A DNA stretch of 61,482 nucleotides, filler included, from Sphacelaria rigidula (GCA_964200075.2; 4 parts of 4 records of this genome joined end to end with filler, not necessarily neighbours in it); one strand, 5' to 3'. Numbered from the whole stretch's first letter, positions 49,958 to 61,464 are shown. The notes: generated from the sequence alone by a model not told the origin. Translations and numbers: made by a program.

Positions 49958-50430
49958 TATCGCGGACGCAAAGATGTACCTATGGTAGACACGCGGGGAC
50001 CTCTACCGGTCGGAGACACGTTTCACACCAGACTTCGCTGGCCACCTAATTACCGTGACACTTTCACTCCGATAAGGTCAAACCTACGGCAGAAACCACG
50101 TAACACTGGTTAGATCTTGCCTGTCTCAGTCCTGATGCAGAAGTGAAGATGTGCGCAAGCACCTTGCTCAGCATGTGGGTCGATCCTTGGTGGATGATGT
50201 GTCTTGTTAGCAGTGGTCAGCAAATGTGAAGTGCAATACAATAGTCGGGAGGCAATTATCAGGTTGCCTTCAGAATTGGTCTTTGCTTTCGCGTGTTTTC
50301 ACTTGTGACCCGGTAGGGGACGAAATCACATGGTATATTTCCCCCAATTCATCATTAGACTGAAGAAGGTGTAGCCATGATCCAATTGCTCTATAGTCTA
50401 CTATACAGAGTCATCATCCACCCTGTAACA
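49958..50430 (-). repeat. 3' LTR of the gypsy element
   Basis: Aligns end to end with 60291-60761. On the minus strand it starts TGTTACAGGG directly after the PPT, and its terminal CA is mutated to TA. Confidence 0.9.
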
Positions 50431-50758
50431 TCCCCCCTCAATAGATTTGCCAAGTGTTTTACCAGGCAACACTTATTGAGTAGAGACCAGCGCAATCGAT
50501 CGAAGGCCGTGTGAAATGGAAGGAGGTTGGGAATACGGGATAGAGGCCCGTTTCGTCTGCACCCAATTTCGGCTGCACCCAGTTTTCGGCTGTACCCATG
50601 GGACCGGGAAACTTTCTCATCTTCGATAGCGTATCCGAGCTTGAGTGCTCGTTCCCCCTTGTTCAATCCTGCGTTGGGTTCTTCACCTGTGGGGCACTCA
50701 CTCGGGAGGATACGCGTCTGATGGCGTAGATTCAGTGGCGGGGTGTGTTGGGTATCAC

Positions 50759-53700
50759 TTACTTCGGAAATGCTAATTTACGCATTTCCCTCCTGCTGAA
50801 CTCCAACCACTCACCGTGACGGTATTTCACTCGCCAGTATGGATCAAGGTAATCATATACCTCGCCTGTCCCTACTCCTTCGCCTACTCCGTCGTCCCCA
50901 GACCGTCTTACCTGTGTTCCTATCGAGTAAATGATCAGCGCCTCTTCCCTGTCTTTTGTCTGTGCGGACTCGTCCCTGTTACATTGTGGGTAGGGTCTCA
51001 CCGACGGGTGATACATGGCCCATATGGCATGAAACACATCTAGTTGGAGGGGGGAAAAGCTGTCCAGCACTTCCGCTTCCGTCTGCCAATCGGATTCCTG
51101 TCCATCCTGGTACCTGCCTTTATACTCCCACACCGTTGGGATAGGTGCCGTAGTTGTACTTTTCCTGTTCGTTAGTGTGTATAAAGGTGAGGCTACTGTA
51201 GAGATGTCAGCGAGTCCTAGACCCGGTCCCCACGCTAGCTGGGCGAACTCATCCTCCATTGCGTGTCTCAGTTCAGGTCGATGCTGATGGAACGCTATAA
51301 GAGCCGTGTTGGAGACGGTCCTGTGGCGTAGTTTCCTTCCTTGCATCGATACCTCTACACTGATCCCTGGAATAGGGGTGGCTGTTACCTCCCACGGTCC
51401 CGTTCATCTTTCGTGTGTTAGTTTTTGGTGCTGATCATCCCTATGCAACGTACTTTCTAGTTCTCGAACTAGCATCAGATCTCCCACTTTAGCCGACGTT
51501 CCTGGGGAGTGCCTTATGATTTTGGCGTTATGTCTCTGTCTTTCTTTTTGTTTGTTCTGCTGTCTTGTTTCCAGGACCCGCTTAACCTGGTCTAGTTTTC
51601 GTTTCCTCTGTTCAACGAAGTTGTCCAGGCCCGTCGCGGAGTCATTACCGTCCATCTGTGGTACTAAGATGTCTAGACTGGTTCTAGGATCACGGCCGAA
51701 AAGGATTTGAAACGGGGACATGTTGGAAGGGAAGGATGGGTCTGGAAGTGTACGTTTGATCCAGCATGCTGGATCCACATACTCGTCCCACCTGTCAGGC
51801 CATGATTTGAATATTTCGGATAGTGTGTCATGCATCCAAGCCCCCGCTCTTTCAACTGCACCCTGACCTCTTGGATAATCTGCGGGTACGTAGTCAAGAG
51901 ATACTCTGAGCCATCTGCATAGATCCCTTACTACTGTTGCTGCAAACTCTCCCCCTTTGTCGCTGCGGATAGATCTGGGTATGCCGAATGTTAGACACAG
52001 GTTCAACAGGATGCGGGCTACCGGTGCTGCCTCCTTCGTAGGTGTGGGATATGCGAAGAGGAACTTCGAAGCTCGGTCGACGATCAGTAGTATGTATCGA
52101 TTGCCTGATGCAGATGTACGATGCATATCCTGAAAGCCGATTTCTAGCACATCCCAGGGAAGTAGCAATCGGCTCGGTAGCATTGCCACCTGTTGGGTTT
52201 GTGCTCTTTTCCTGCGTCTGCACCCGCATGAGAGAACGTAGTCACGGCAGTCTTTGTTCATACTGTTCCAGTGAAAATGATTTCGTAGCAGGATCGTGGT
52301 GTGCGCTACTCCCGTGTGTCCGTAGTGTGCGTGTACAAGTGCTATTAGGTCAGGAACAAGCTGTCGTGGAATGGCTAGCGTTGGTCTATTCTTATTTCCG
52401 GTGTGCCACAACAGGCCATGGTCGTCTATGATGTAGCTATCTGATGTAGTTCCTGATGCCTTTTCCGTCTCGTTGAATAGAGAAGCTCGGATCTGGCTCA
52501 GGTGAGGGTCGTTTTTCTGATTCTCGATTAAGCTGGGTAAATCGGATAGAGTATTGATCGCTCTGTTGATGACTGAGTCGTGACTATTGGGCGAGCCACT
52601 TCTGGTGTGGATGTTCTGGTGTTCCTCGACGATAACCGGACTTGATTTCTGGCTGCTCGACAGTGTCCGCTGGGAGTCTGTATGGGTTGGGGGGATGCTC
52701 TGCGGTACGGCAATGGGTTCGTCGGTTATGAGATCCTTGAGTCTGATAGAACGGGCGCGGGCTCTGTTAGATCTGCGTGGTTCATTTTGGACGTCATCAT
52801 GCAGCGCTGCCACCTTTTCTCGGGCGAATGGCATTTCCGACAGCTGAGTCATCGTTCCACTTACTTCCGCTTCATGTGTTTGTGTGTCAGATATCTGTCC
52901 AGGTTCTTGCTGTGTGAATTCATTTGTAGGGGAGTCCTTGCTGTCTGTCGGGGCAGTCATCGACCACAACGCTGTGATGGAAGCAGACCCCACCAGTATC
53001 CCTTTCTCTTCTCCTAGTTGGCTCAAGGGGACTCCGTCCAACACCGGTCCTTGCGGGCCCTTCGTGCACCGGGCGGATTTCAGGGTGGAGTCATCCGGAA
53101 AAGCGTCGTCAACATCTGTACCTTGTGCGGTGTTGCCAAATAGGCGGGATAAAGCATCGGGGAGTTGGTGGCATGTGCCTGCTCTCGAGCGTAGTGTCAT
53201 GTCGTACTCCATCAATCGTAGGGCCCATCGATGAAATTTGAGTTCGAGATCTCTACTTCTGAATCACCAGAGTAGTGCGCTGCAATCTGTAACGAGGTCA
53301 AATCTCCTACCTGTAATATATGGTCTGAAGTGTCCCGTCGCCCACAATACGGCCATGCATTCTCGATGCGTTGCTGCCCTCAGTGAGATCGACGCCATCT
53401 ATCGTTTGGCACAGTGTCGCGCCAGCCCCCAAAATACTCGCATCGGTGTGAAGGGTGAGGGGGTGTTTCCACGAGGGGTATGCTAGAACCGGTGGGGATA
53501 TGAGTGCCTCTTTCAACTTGTCGAAAGCTTATTGCATTTCGTCGTCCCAAGGGATTTTGAGTTTTCTAGCGCGTTTTGACTGAAAGCGGGGATCACGTAG
53601 GATGTCAGTCAGGGGGGCCGCGATAATGCTGTAATGGTCGACGAATGATCGCATGTAACCGGTCATGCCGAGGAAAACCCGTAGCTCTTCTACCGTGTTC

Positions 53701-55970
53701 GGGGGTGAGAGTTTACTGACTGCCTCGATTTTGGATGGGGCTGGGCGTCTTCCCTCGCGGTCGATCACCATCCCCAGGAATTCCTGGTTAGGCATGTACC
53801 ATGACGACTTCGCAAAGTTGACAGAGTATTTCCGTTCCAACAGAGCCGAGAGAACTTTCCGTATTAGGCGTAGGTGTTCAGAGAGTGTTTTGCTGAAGAT
53901 GAGGGTGTCGTCCAACCATACCTGAACACCATTACCTATAAGGGAGCCTAGGGTTTTGGATATACCTCTGGTGAAGCCGGATGGGAGGTTTTTCAATCCG
54001 AAGCTACACCTGTTGTATTCCCAAAGTTGGCCGAGGGCGTCTCTGAAAGCTGTTTTGTGTTTGTCATTCTCCTCGATTTCGAGTTAAAAGTACCCTGAGG
54101 CGATATCTAATGTGGAAAAATATTTGTTACCACTCAACCGATCGTGCATGCTCTCGATGTCTCCCAGACCCCCGCTGTCGGTTTCCGTGAGATCACTCAG
54201 TTTCCTGTAGTCATGGCACAGGCGTAGCGTGCCGTCTTTTTTTGGGACCGCGAGTGATCTTGCTGCCCATTTCGACTCTGACCGACGAATAATACCTCGC
54301 TGGTACAGTTTTTTTACTTCGGCCTGTTTTGCTTCAGTTTCGGCGGGTGAAAAACGTCGCTGCTTCGTTGCCACAGGTTTACATCGTTCATCTCTCAACG
54401 GAATACGAACCTTACCTTGGTCGCAGGGGCGGACTTTTTTCGGGTCTGCGGGGAAGATTCCTCGATGTCGGAACTCGTCTAGCAGTGATAAAAGCTTTTG
54501 TTTTTCAGGGGTGCTGAGCTGTCCGAGGTTGGCGTTATTGAGATTGGACATGATTGTGTTCTCGTCCGTCTCTTTTCCTTCCTCGTTGTCTTCATGTGAC
54601 GTCCATGTTTGTGTATAGTGTGATGTGTCGTCCTCGCTGTTTTCGGGGTTAGATGGGAAGAAAAGCGCGTGGAAGCGTTCCTCGTCATCGATATTGACCG
54701 CCACTATCTGTGCTATCTATTTTCTTGCCTCGATGAGGCTCTGGTTGGGGCTTCTCTTCACTATCTTGCATACCACGGGTGTACCTGGCTCCCACCACTG
54801 AATACCTCTCGCTACGCCTAGCACCGCATATTTCTCTAAATCGTAATCCTCGGTAGGTAGTATCAGTACCAGTTGCCGTACTTGAGAGAGGGAACCCTTG
54901 GTGCGTCTCTCTTCTGCTGTGCTGACAAAGCCTGGTAGTTACAGTGGCGAGGATAGGGAGAATGCCCATTGCAGAGTACCGTCGTCTTCCCAAACTGCCT
55001 TACCCATGAATGTGTTACTTACTATCATGTCTGTGATGGTTGCGATGAAGGGGTTGAAGGCGTCCAGTTTAGACGGGGTGTACAGCTCTGGTTCTTCAAC
55101 TTCTTTCCCGGGTATGACAGCACAGAACGCGTCCCATAATACCTCGGCTACGTCAGGTGTAACATTCGGATCATTCGACGCTTGTACACCTTCTGCCGAT
55201 AACGGGGCTGATTCCGATGGTGTGCCATTTGTTGTGACGCTCTGGGCTCCTGTGGTGGTCCTTTCTACGTCAGACATTTTCTCCGAACCCTATGATGCTT
55301 GAATGTCTTTTGCAGCCAACGGGGTCGCACTTGATGGTTTAGTACTAGGGGAGAGTATCGAGCTACGGGTGTCGAGCGGTATCCATGGTGCGTCGGGTGT
55401 GGGGCGGAATCCTTGATGTTTGTCAAATGATAGGACGCTTGAGTGTTTGCGGAAGAATGCAGCGCCCAGTACCAGTGCGTATGGAAAGCCCTTGACTACA
55501 CGTACTGCGATGTTGCGTACTTTATCTTCCGGGGGGAAGATGGCAGGTATTGTAGAGGAGCCTAGAATTTCCATCGGTGGTACCTTGTTTTCTTCCGGGT
55601 TTGCTGCCCTCAACGCACCTGTACCTCTTTTATTTAGTTGGCGATCCGGTATTCCTCCCCACTTATAAATCGACTGCCAGAAAGTACCGGACACGTAGTC
55701 TCCCCCACCAGCACCCGTGTCCAACAGGACGGAGACAGGAAGGCGCATGCTCAACCTATGGGGATGCCAGATTTTTGCCTTTACCCAAACTTGTGCTTTG
55801 CGGTTCTTGTTGGTAGCAATACGTTCGGCGGCCGCCGCAACTTCTTCACTTTCTTCAATCGTTAGTCCGTGGCTAGACTCGCTTCCTGCTGGATTCGTAC
55901 TTCTGGAGGGTTTCGGTGACAGCACATCGTTGAGGTTCCCCGGGAGTGAGGTACTACCCGGGGCGCACCT
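50759..55970 (-). pseudogene. pol: Gypsy pol (protease, RT, RNase H, integrase with chromo-like and Tudor-like tail), disrupted
   Basis: Motifs: PR VLLDTGAG; RT KKDGTLRLCHDYRKL, FSTLDIASGYF, VWLDD; RH LHTDAS; IN HAHYGH...SCGC, IRSDKGGEF, GAVERAG, TGPW. Six in-frame stops (55290, 54939, 54717, 54084, 53529, 51404) and a frameshift/deletion in RNase H. The first integrase catalytic Asp appears as Gly (VLEIGF). Confidence 0.92.
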
Positions 55971-58013
55971 TCAGGTGGTGTGCTCTGCTCCGTCTTCGTG
56001 TTCGCTCTCAAATTCGAGTTCGGTAATAGCGGAAATCATTTCAAGTTGCTCAGGGCTTACCGTGATGCGGCGTTTTTTGTTGGGTTGTTCTGATTCGTCA
56101 GCTTGGCGTGTGCGTTTCGCGCCTCCTGGTTGTGATCGGTATGTCTGAGAGTAAAAGCCCCTCGGTAAGATAATTACCTCTTGTATGTAGGGGCACCGTG
56201 GGCGTCTGCACTCTACCCCAAAGGCGTGTCGAAAGTAAATTCGTGCGTTGCGCACGAAATCGATTATCTCCGTACGTGGAGAATCTGGAGAAGGGGGGTT
56301 GCTGATCGTAGCAGTGCCCACTTGGCCCTGGGTTGTAGTTGGTGGGGAACCTCCCTGGTATGTACTTGCGTGCGAGGTGTTATTGAATTGTTGGGGTTTC
56401 CCAGAGAACGGTACACCGTGCTGACCCGGTACTGAGGCGGGTTGGTTGGAAAAGGCTGCTACTGTGTTGTGACAACTCAAGGTAGGATTTCCCGTCTGGC
56501 ATGTAGGAGCGCAGTGATGACACGATAGGCTTGGCGATTGCCATATACTTTGTTGGGAATTAGAGCAGATGGTCGGGTTTGGTTGTATGTTCACGCTGCC
56601 CACGTTGCATGCTGCTATCGCGTTGTGTCTGGCAAGGAGTGCCTTTTCCAGATCTTGTTTCGATTGTCCCATGAGGGCGCGGAGTTCAGCGATGGACGCT
56701 GCGCGGGACGTATTGCGTGAGGTAGGCTTGGTGGTGGATGTTGAGTCTAGGTACGCAATCCTTCTGTTTCCCAACAGCTTCACAAAGTCGAAGAAAATTA
56801 TCTCAGCTATATTCCCTCTGTGTACCATTCTTGCTCCCAATGGATCTTGTGCTTCTACCCGCAAGGGTCGTAGTTCTAGTGACACTCTCATCACCTGGTG
56901 GTGCATGATCGATTGGAGGCTAGACGGATCCAGGGCAGAGGGGATGAGTAGTCTGAGAGCTCGTTCAATTAGATCATTGAGGTGCGATTCGGAAATATAT
57001 CTCCAAAAATAGATATCTTCGGATGCATGAGGCATTTCAGAGTCTACAGTGAAGGCTCTGTAGAGCAACACTAAGCGGCGTGCGGCGGCCGACCAAGCTT
57101 CCCCTTGTTTGATCGTTATGTTATCTAGGGCGAGTCGCGCGACCTCTGTTGCTCCGGGTTGGAGGGCGGATTCCCGTACTAGTTTACGGAGCCATTCTGT
57201 TACTGAGACTCCGTCGGGTTGTGGTGTTATGAATGACCCGCGGATAGTGGGGACTTCCACAGCTCTACCACTTTGTAGTTCGTCGTGAGTGCCTAGATAG
57301 TCACCCAGTAGTTCGCTAAGTAGCTCTGTACGGGAAGACGACATCCCATCCGGAAGTGGGCGGTAAACTCCGGTTTGAGTGTTGGTGTCATTGGGGAGGG
57401 CCCATATCCCTTGATCCATATTTCTGAGAGTCTTAGCTAGCTTGTCAGCGAATATAACTGCGCATGCAGTGTGTGATGTTTCTACTTCGCCCCCACCTAG
57501 TCCGACAAAAGCCGGTTCTGAAGCATTTCCTAGCTTACTGTGTATGCGGCGGATGGCTTTACTGCGTGCGTCTGGAGATAGTTTATGGTTGTACGTCATA
57601 CCTGGGTTGCCCTGTGAGGCGACGTTGGCGCCCTGCTGGAGGATCTGTTGTTGTGCCGACGACCCGCCTCCCTGGTTGGCTATGGTTACTGGTATGGTTG
57701 GTAGTTGCGCGTATCCCTGGGGGTGCTGGTTAGCAGCTTGTGGATAAGGGCGTGGTGGGGGTGGAGGCGGCACTACATTTCCTTGTTGTGGATGGGTTAC
57801 TCCCTGTGCTGGTTGTTGTTGGGGAGGGGGGTAAGGAGCAGGGGCACCCTGTTGTCCTACGGGGGCGACATACCAACCACCACCGGCAGGCGGGGGAAGT
57901 GGTTGGGCTGCCGGGGCCGGTATTTGGACCGGTTGAGCCTGGGGGGGTGCGTGCTGGTAGGCTCCCCCCACTTGTCCGACCGCAGCGGCATGCGCGTACA
58001 TGTTCATGCTCAC
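55971..58013 (-). CDS. gag: Gypsy gag-like ORF (~680 aa; Pro/Gln-rich N-terminus)
   Basis: Open 2043-nt frame directly upstream of, and in the same frame as, the protease. First ATGs at ~58007/58001. Assigned mainly by position. Confidence 0.8.
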   Translation of the reverse strand: MSMNMYAHAAAVGQVGGAYQHAPPQAQPVQIPAPAAQPLPPPAGGGWYVAPVGQQGAPAPYPPPQQQPAQGVTHPQQGNVVPPPPPPRPYPQAANQHPQGYAQLPTIPVTIANQGGGSSAQQQILQQGANVASQGNPGMTYNHKLSPDARSKAIRRIHSKLGNASEPAFVGLGGGEVETSHTACAVIFADKLAKTLRNMDQGIWALPNDTNTQTGVYRPLPDGMSSSRTELLSELLGDYLGTHDELQSGRAVEVPTIRGSFITPQPDGVSVTEWLRKLVRESALQPGATEVARLALDNITIKQGEAWSAAARRLVLLYRAFTVDSEMPHASEDIYFWRYISESHLNDLIERALRLLIPSALDPSSLQSIMHHQVMRVSLELRPLRVEAQDPLGARMVHRGNIAEIIFFDFVKLLGNRRIAYLDSTSTTKPTSRNTSRAASIAELRALMGQSKQDLEKALLARHNAIAACNVGSVNIQPNPTICSNSQQSIWQSPSLSCHHCAPTCQTGNPTLSCHNTVAAFSNQPASVPGQHGVPFSGKPQQFNNTSHASTYQGGSPPTTTQGQVGTATISNPPSPDSPRTEIIDFVRNARIYFRHAFGVECRRPRCPYIQEVIILPRGFYSQTYRSQPGGAKRTRQADESEQPNKKRRITVSPEQLEMISAITELEFESEHEDGAEHTT

Positions 58014-58439
58014 CTGTCGGGGATAGCCTGAGGATATGCGTATGGTTTTTCAGTGCATGAGTGTATATGCTACGCATACTCTGTGTGGTTGTTACCTGAA
58101 TCTATGTCGAGGGTGTACCAACCGGCGTAGGAGATGTCGGCAAAAAAAAACAAGAATAAGTACGGACAGATAATAAACCAAGTGGTAGTTACTCGCTATT
58201 TTGTTGAGCTGCTAAAATCAAATGAACTAAAACTTCGTCTGAAAGAAAAAACGAATATTAACAATACAAACTAATATTAGCAACACTTGGATCCCCGTCG
58301 GTACTTACCCAGCAGGTGAAGTATACCTTGAATTTATGTTGGGCGTGACTCGACGTACAAAAATGTGGGGAAAAAAAGAAGAAAGAAAAAAAATGGGGCT
58401 GAAGAACAAATGTGTAAAAGCCAATGAAGAGAAAAGGAA

Positions 58440-58471
<32 letters not shown>

Positions 58472-60290
58472 CGCTGGTTGATGCTCGCTTGCGATTAAAC
58501 GATCCTGCATGACGATTTATTTTGTGCGGGACATGAGCCTTTCCCTTCTTTTTTTTTTTTTGGTATCTGTAGTCAGTTGACTGGGTTGTTGATACATAGT
58601 GTTGTCATGTTAGATGATAATATTGATTGGCATTTCAGGGTTGTTGTTGACGGAGTGAGTGAGCATCGTATTTCTTCATCAGAGGTGGTCACCTGTCTGA
58701 TCCGGGGTGAACAAACACTGGGGAACCTGTTTTGTTACCGATCATGCGTAAAAGTAAAAAATAAAAGGGACTGGGCTCATGTCTCGCATAAAAAAAAAAC
58801 TTCATGAGTTCCGATTAGTCTCGCCAGTTGTCCATGTATCAACGGTTCGGGTCATATTGTGCGCGGAGAATTTGCGCGCGGGGTGTAATATACGTTAGGG
58901 GGTACGGAATGATTAAGTGTGGCTGTAGTCCAGAGTCTTGCGGGTCAGTAACCCGTGTATTACCGCGGTTCGGACCCTACATCCATGGTGGGGATCTCTG
59001 CGCATTGCCCGTTATTTCGTGTAGTTCATCGATGTGCCGAGGGCATATATATAAAACTACAACTATCCTCTCCCATGAAAAGTACGGCGTGGGAGTCGCT
59101 TGTGGACAAACAGGAACGGATGTCGCGTTTTTCTTTTTTCCTGCGGTCTAAAACAAAAGCAATTTCCAGTGGTGGCAGCTGTAGTTAATCCGCGCATTGC
59201 ATGTGTGATGTGTTTCGGGATGTGTAACAGTTCATTTTGATGAAAATTCAAAGTGTGTATCGTATAAATATCATGCATAGGTTACACGTCAGGTCTACCT
59301 CAGTGTAGTTTAATACGAAAGTTGATCGAGGCCGCCACCCGGGAAAACATATTTCATTGACGCGCACAAAAGAAAGAAAAACGTGCATTCGTTGTGTTCA
59401 GTCCAACCTAGCAACCCGCTGCTTTACATATGCCTGGATAAGGTTCTAGTTTTTCAGGCTCCCTGGTACAATATCCCAAACTTTACAGTGTACGTACAGC
59501 TCTCATCATGCTGCGCTGTATTATGCGTGTAATCTATCGTTGCACCCCACCTGTTTGACTTGCCCGTGTTTGCTGATGTGAAGCGCATTGTTTCGTGGTA
59601 TCAAGTCGCATGCATGCAGCGAGTGCTCTACAGACCGTCTGCGGGAGAATCCCGCGAAAAAAAAACGATCCGCTCCGGCACACAAAAAACAAACAAACAG
59701 CGGACCCCACTGGGCAAGTTCCTCCGGCGGGCACCTGCGAACACCTCTGGTGATGGGTTGTACCTTGTGCTGCTGCGAGGTCGACTGCTGTTACCATTCA
59801 TCACTGATGGTACAGCAGCTTCATGCTGGGTTAATCTGTTTGCCTCACACTGCAGTGCCTGATGCGTCTTTGGTGGGACGGTAGTAGACAGCCATAACCG
59901 AATGGGTGTATATGTAGCTGCGCCCATGTGGTATTTTTTTCACCTCGTTTCGGCGGAGCTTTGATGTCTCAAAGCTGCGAGCATGGCGTGTAACCACGAT
60001 TGCTCACGCACCTTTCTAGCGCACCTCGTGCCGTGTTTGTCGACGAGAGTTTTGATGTATTACAGCTTCATGGAGACTACCGCATATAAAAGGCGAGATG
60101 AGGCAGCTAATTGTTCCTTTGACTCGGGGTGCAAATGCTTGCACGCCATGACGAATGAGGGGTTGTAACAAAGAGACATTACGTAGAAAAAAATTCCGCT
60201 CTGCTGGCCTGGCTGCGGTCAACATTTCATCCTGAGAACCTCACGCTGCGTGCGTGCGTTTGTCTCTCCTGCTCTCTCGGTCGGTCACCA

Positions 60291-60761
60291 TGTCGCAGAC
60301 GCAAAGATGTATCAGTGTTAGGTACGCAGGGACCTCTACCGATCGGTGACACGTTTCACACCAGACTTCGCTGGCTATCCAATTACCGTGACACTTTCAC
60401 TCCGATACGGTCAAACCTACGATAGAAACCAAGCAACACTGATTAGATCTTGCCTGTCTCAGTCCAAGTGCAGAAGTGAAGATGTGTGCAAGCACCTTGC
60501 TCAGCATGTGGGTCGATCCTTGGTGGATGATGGGTGTTGTTAGCAGTAGTCAGCAGATGCAAAGTGCAATACAATAGTCGGGCGACGATCATCAGTTTGC
60601 CTTCAGAATTGGTGGCTTTCGTGTGCTTTCTCTTGTGGCCCGTTGGGGGACAGAGTTGCGCGATATGTTTCCCACCAAGTCATCATTAGACTGAAGAAGG
60701 TGTAGCCATGATCCAATTGCTCTGTAGTCTACTATACAGGGTCATTACCCACCCTGTAACA
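60291..60761 (-). repeat. 5' LTR of the gypsy element
   Basis: TGT...ACA termini; homologous to 49958-50430; followed on the minus strand by a TGG-initiated PBS-like sequence. Confidence 0.9.
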
Positions 60762-61101
60762 CTCCCACCCCAGGCAAACCTCTATCCATTCCAGGCACGA
60801 GCTCGAACAATCGACCGTACCGGGACTTGACCACGGTGTCTTTGATTCGCCAATAAAGCGACGGTCAAATGTCCGTCGAAAATTCGAAATTGCCAGACTA
60901 CGATGTGAAGATCAAGTTATCAGCGTCTTTTCGCCTTCATCAATGTCGCGTTACTTATCACCCCCGCAAAACAACACAGGGTGAAGTCAGCAAACTGAGG
61001 GGAACACGGAATCACAGTTTCGGAAACGTTTAATGAAATGCCTGTGTGCTACGTTTTCAAGCAAATTGTACCCTCTACAGCGCACAAACTGACGATGGAT
61101 A

Positions 61102-61318
61102 CTGTAATGCGTGAGAGGACCGCGTGCTTAGAGGACCACATCGGAACATGAACATCCCCATGGTTAGGGTTAGGGTTAGGGTTAGTGTTGGGGTTATGGT
61201 TAGGGGCGTGGTACCCGCAGGGACTGGCCCGATTGGTTTTGAAAAACATCAATCCTGACTGGGGTGTTTTGAACTACGGCGCGGTCCTCTAAGCACGCGG
61301 TCCTCTCACGCATTATAG
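61102..61318. mobile_element. 217-bp second copy of the telomere-repeat MITE (opposite orientation)
   Basis: Same TIRs with one change in each. Internal GGTTAGGGTTAGGGTTAGGGTTAGTGTTGGGGTTATGGTTAGGG. Flanked by GATAC...GATAC if the ends are taken as TGT...A(C/T)A. Confidence 0.9.
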
Positions 61319-61432
61319 ATACGTCCATCTTACTGGTACAATATGATGGTCATTTTCCACCGTGATTCCGCCGCACAGAAGCTCATGCAAGGGCCATGGC
61401 AAGGAGTCTCACAGACTGGAAAACGGTTTATA

Positions 61433-61464
<32 letters not shown>

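Larger units (their letters stand above)
49958..60761 (-). mobile_element. Near full-length (10.8 kb), inactivated Ty3/gypsy LTR retrotransposon
   Basis: Two ~470-bp LTR copies. PBS-like TGGTGACCGACCG abuts the 5' LTR (60290 downward) and PPT GAGGGGGGA abuts the 3' LTR (50431-50439). Domain order is gag-PR-RT-RH-IN. No TSD. Confidence 0.93.

Noticed and set aside
61163..61205. True telomere near the scaffold end
   Set aside because: The TTAGGG tract is short, degenerate and enclosed by MITE TIRs.
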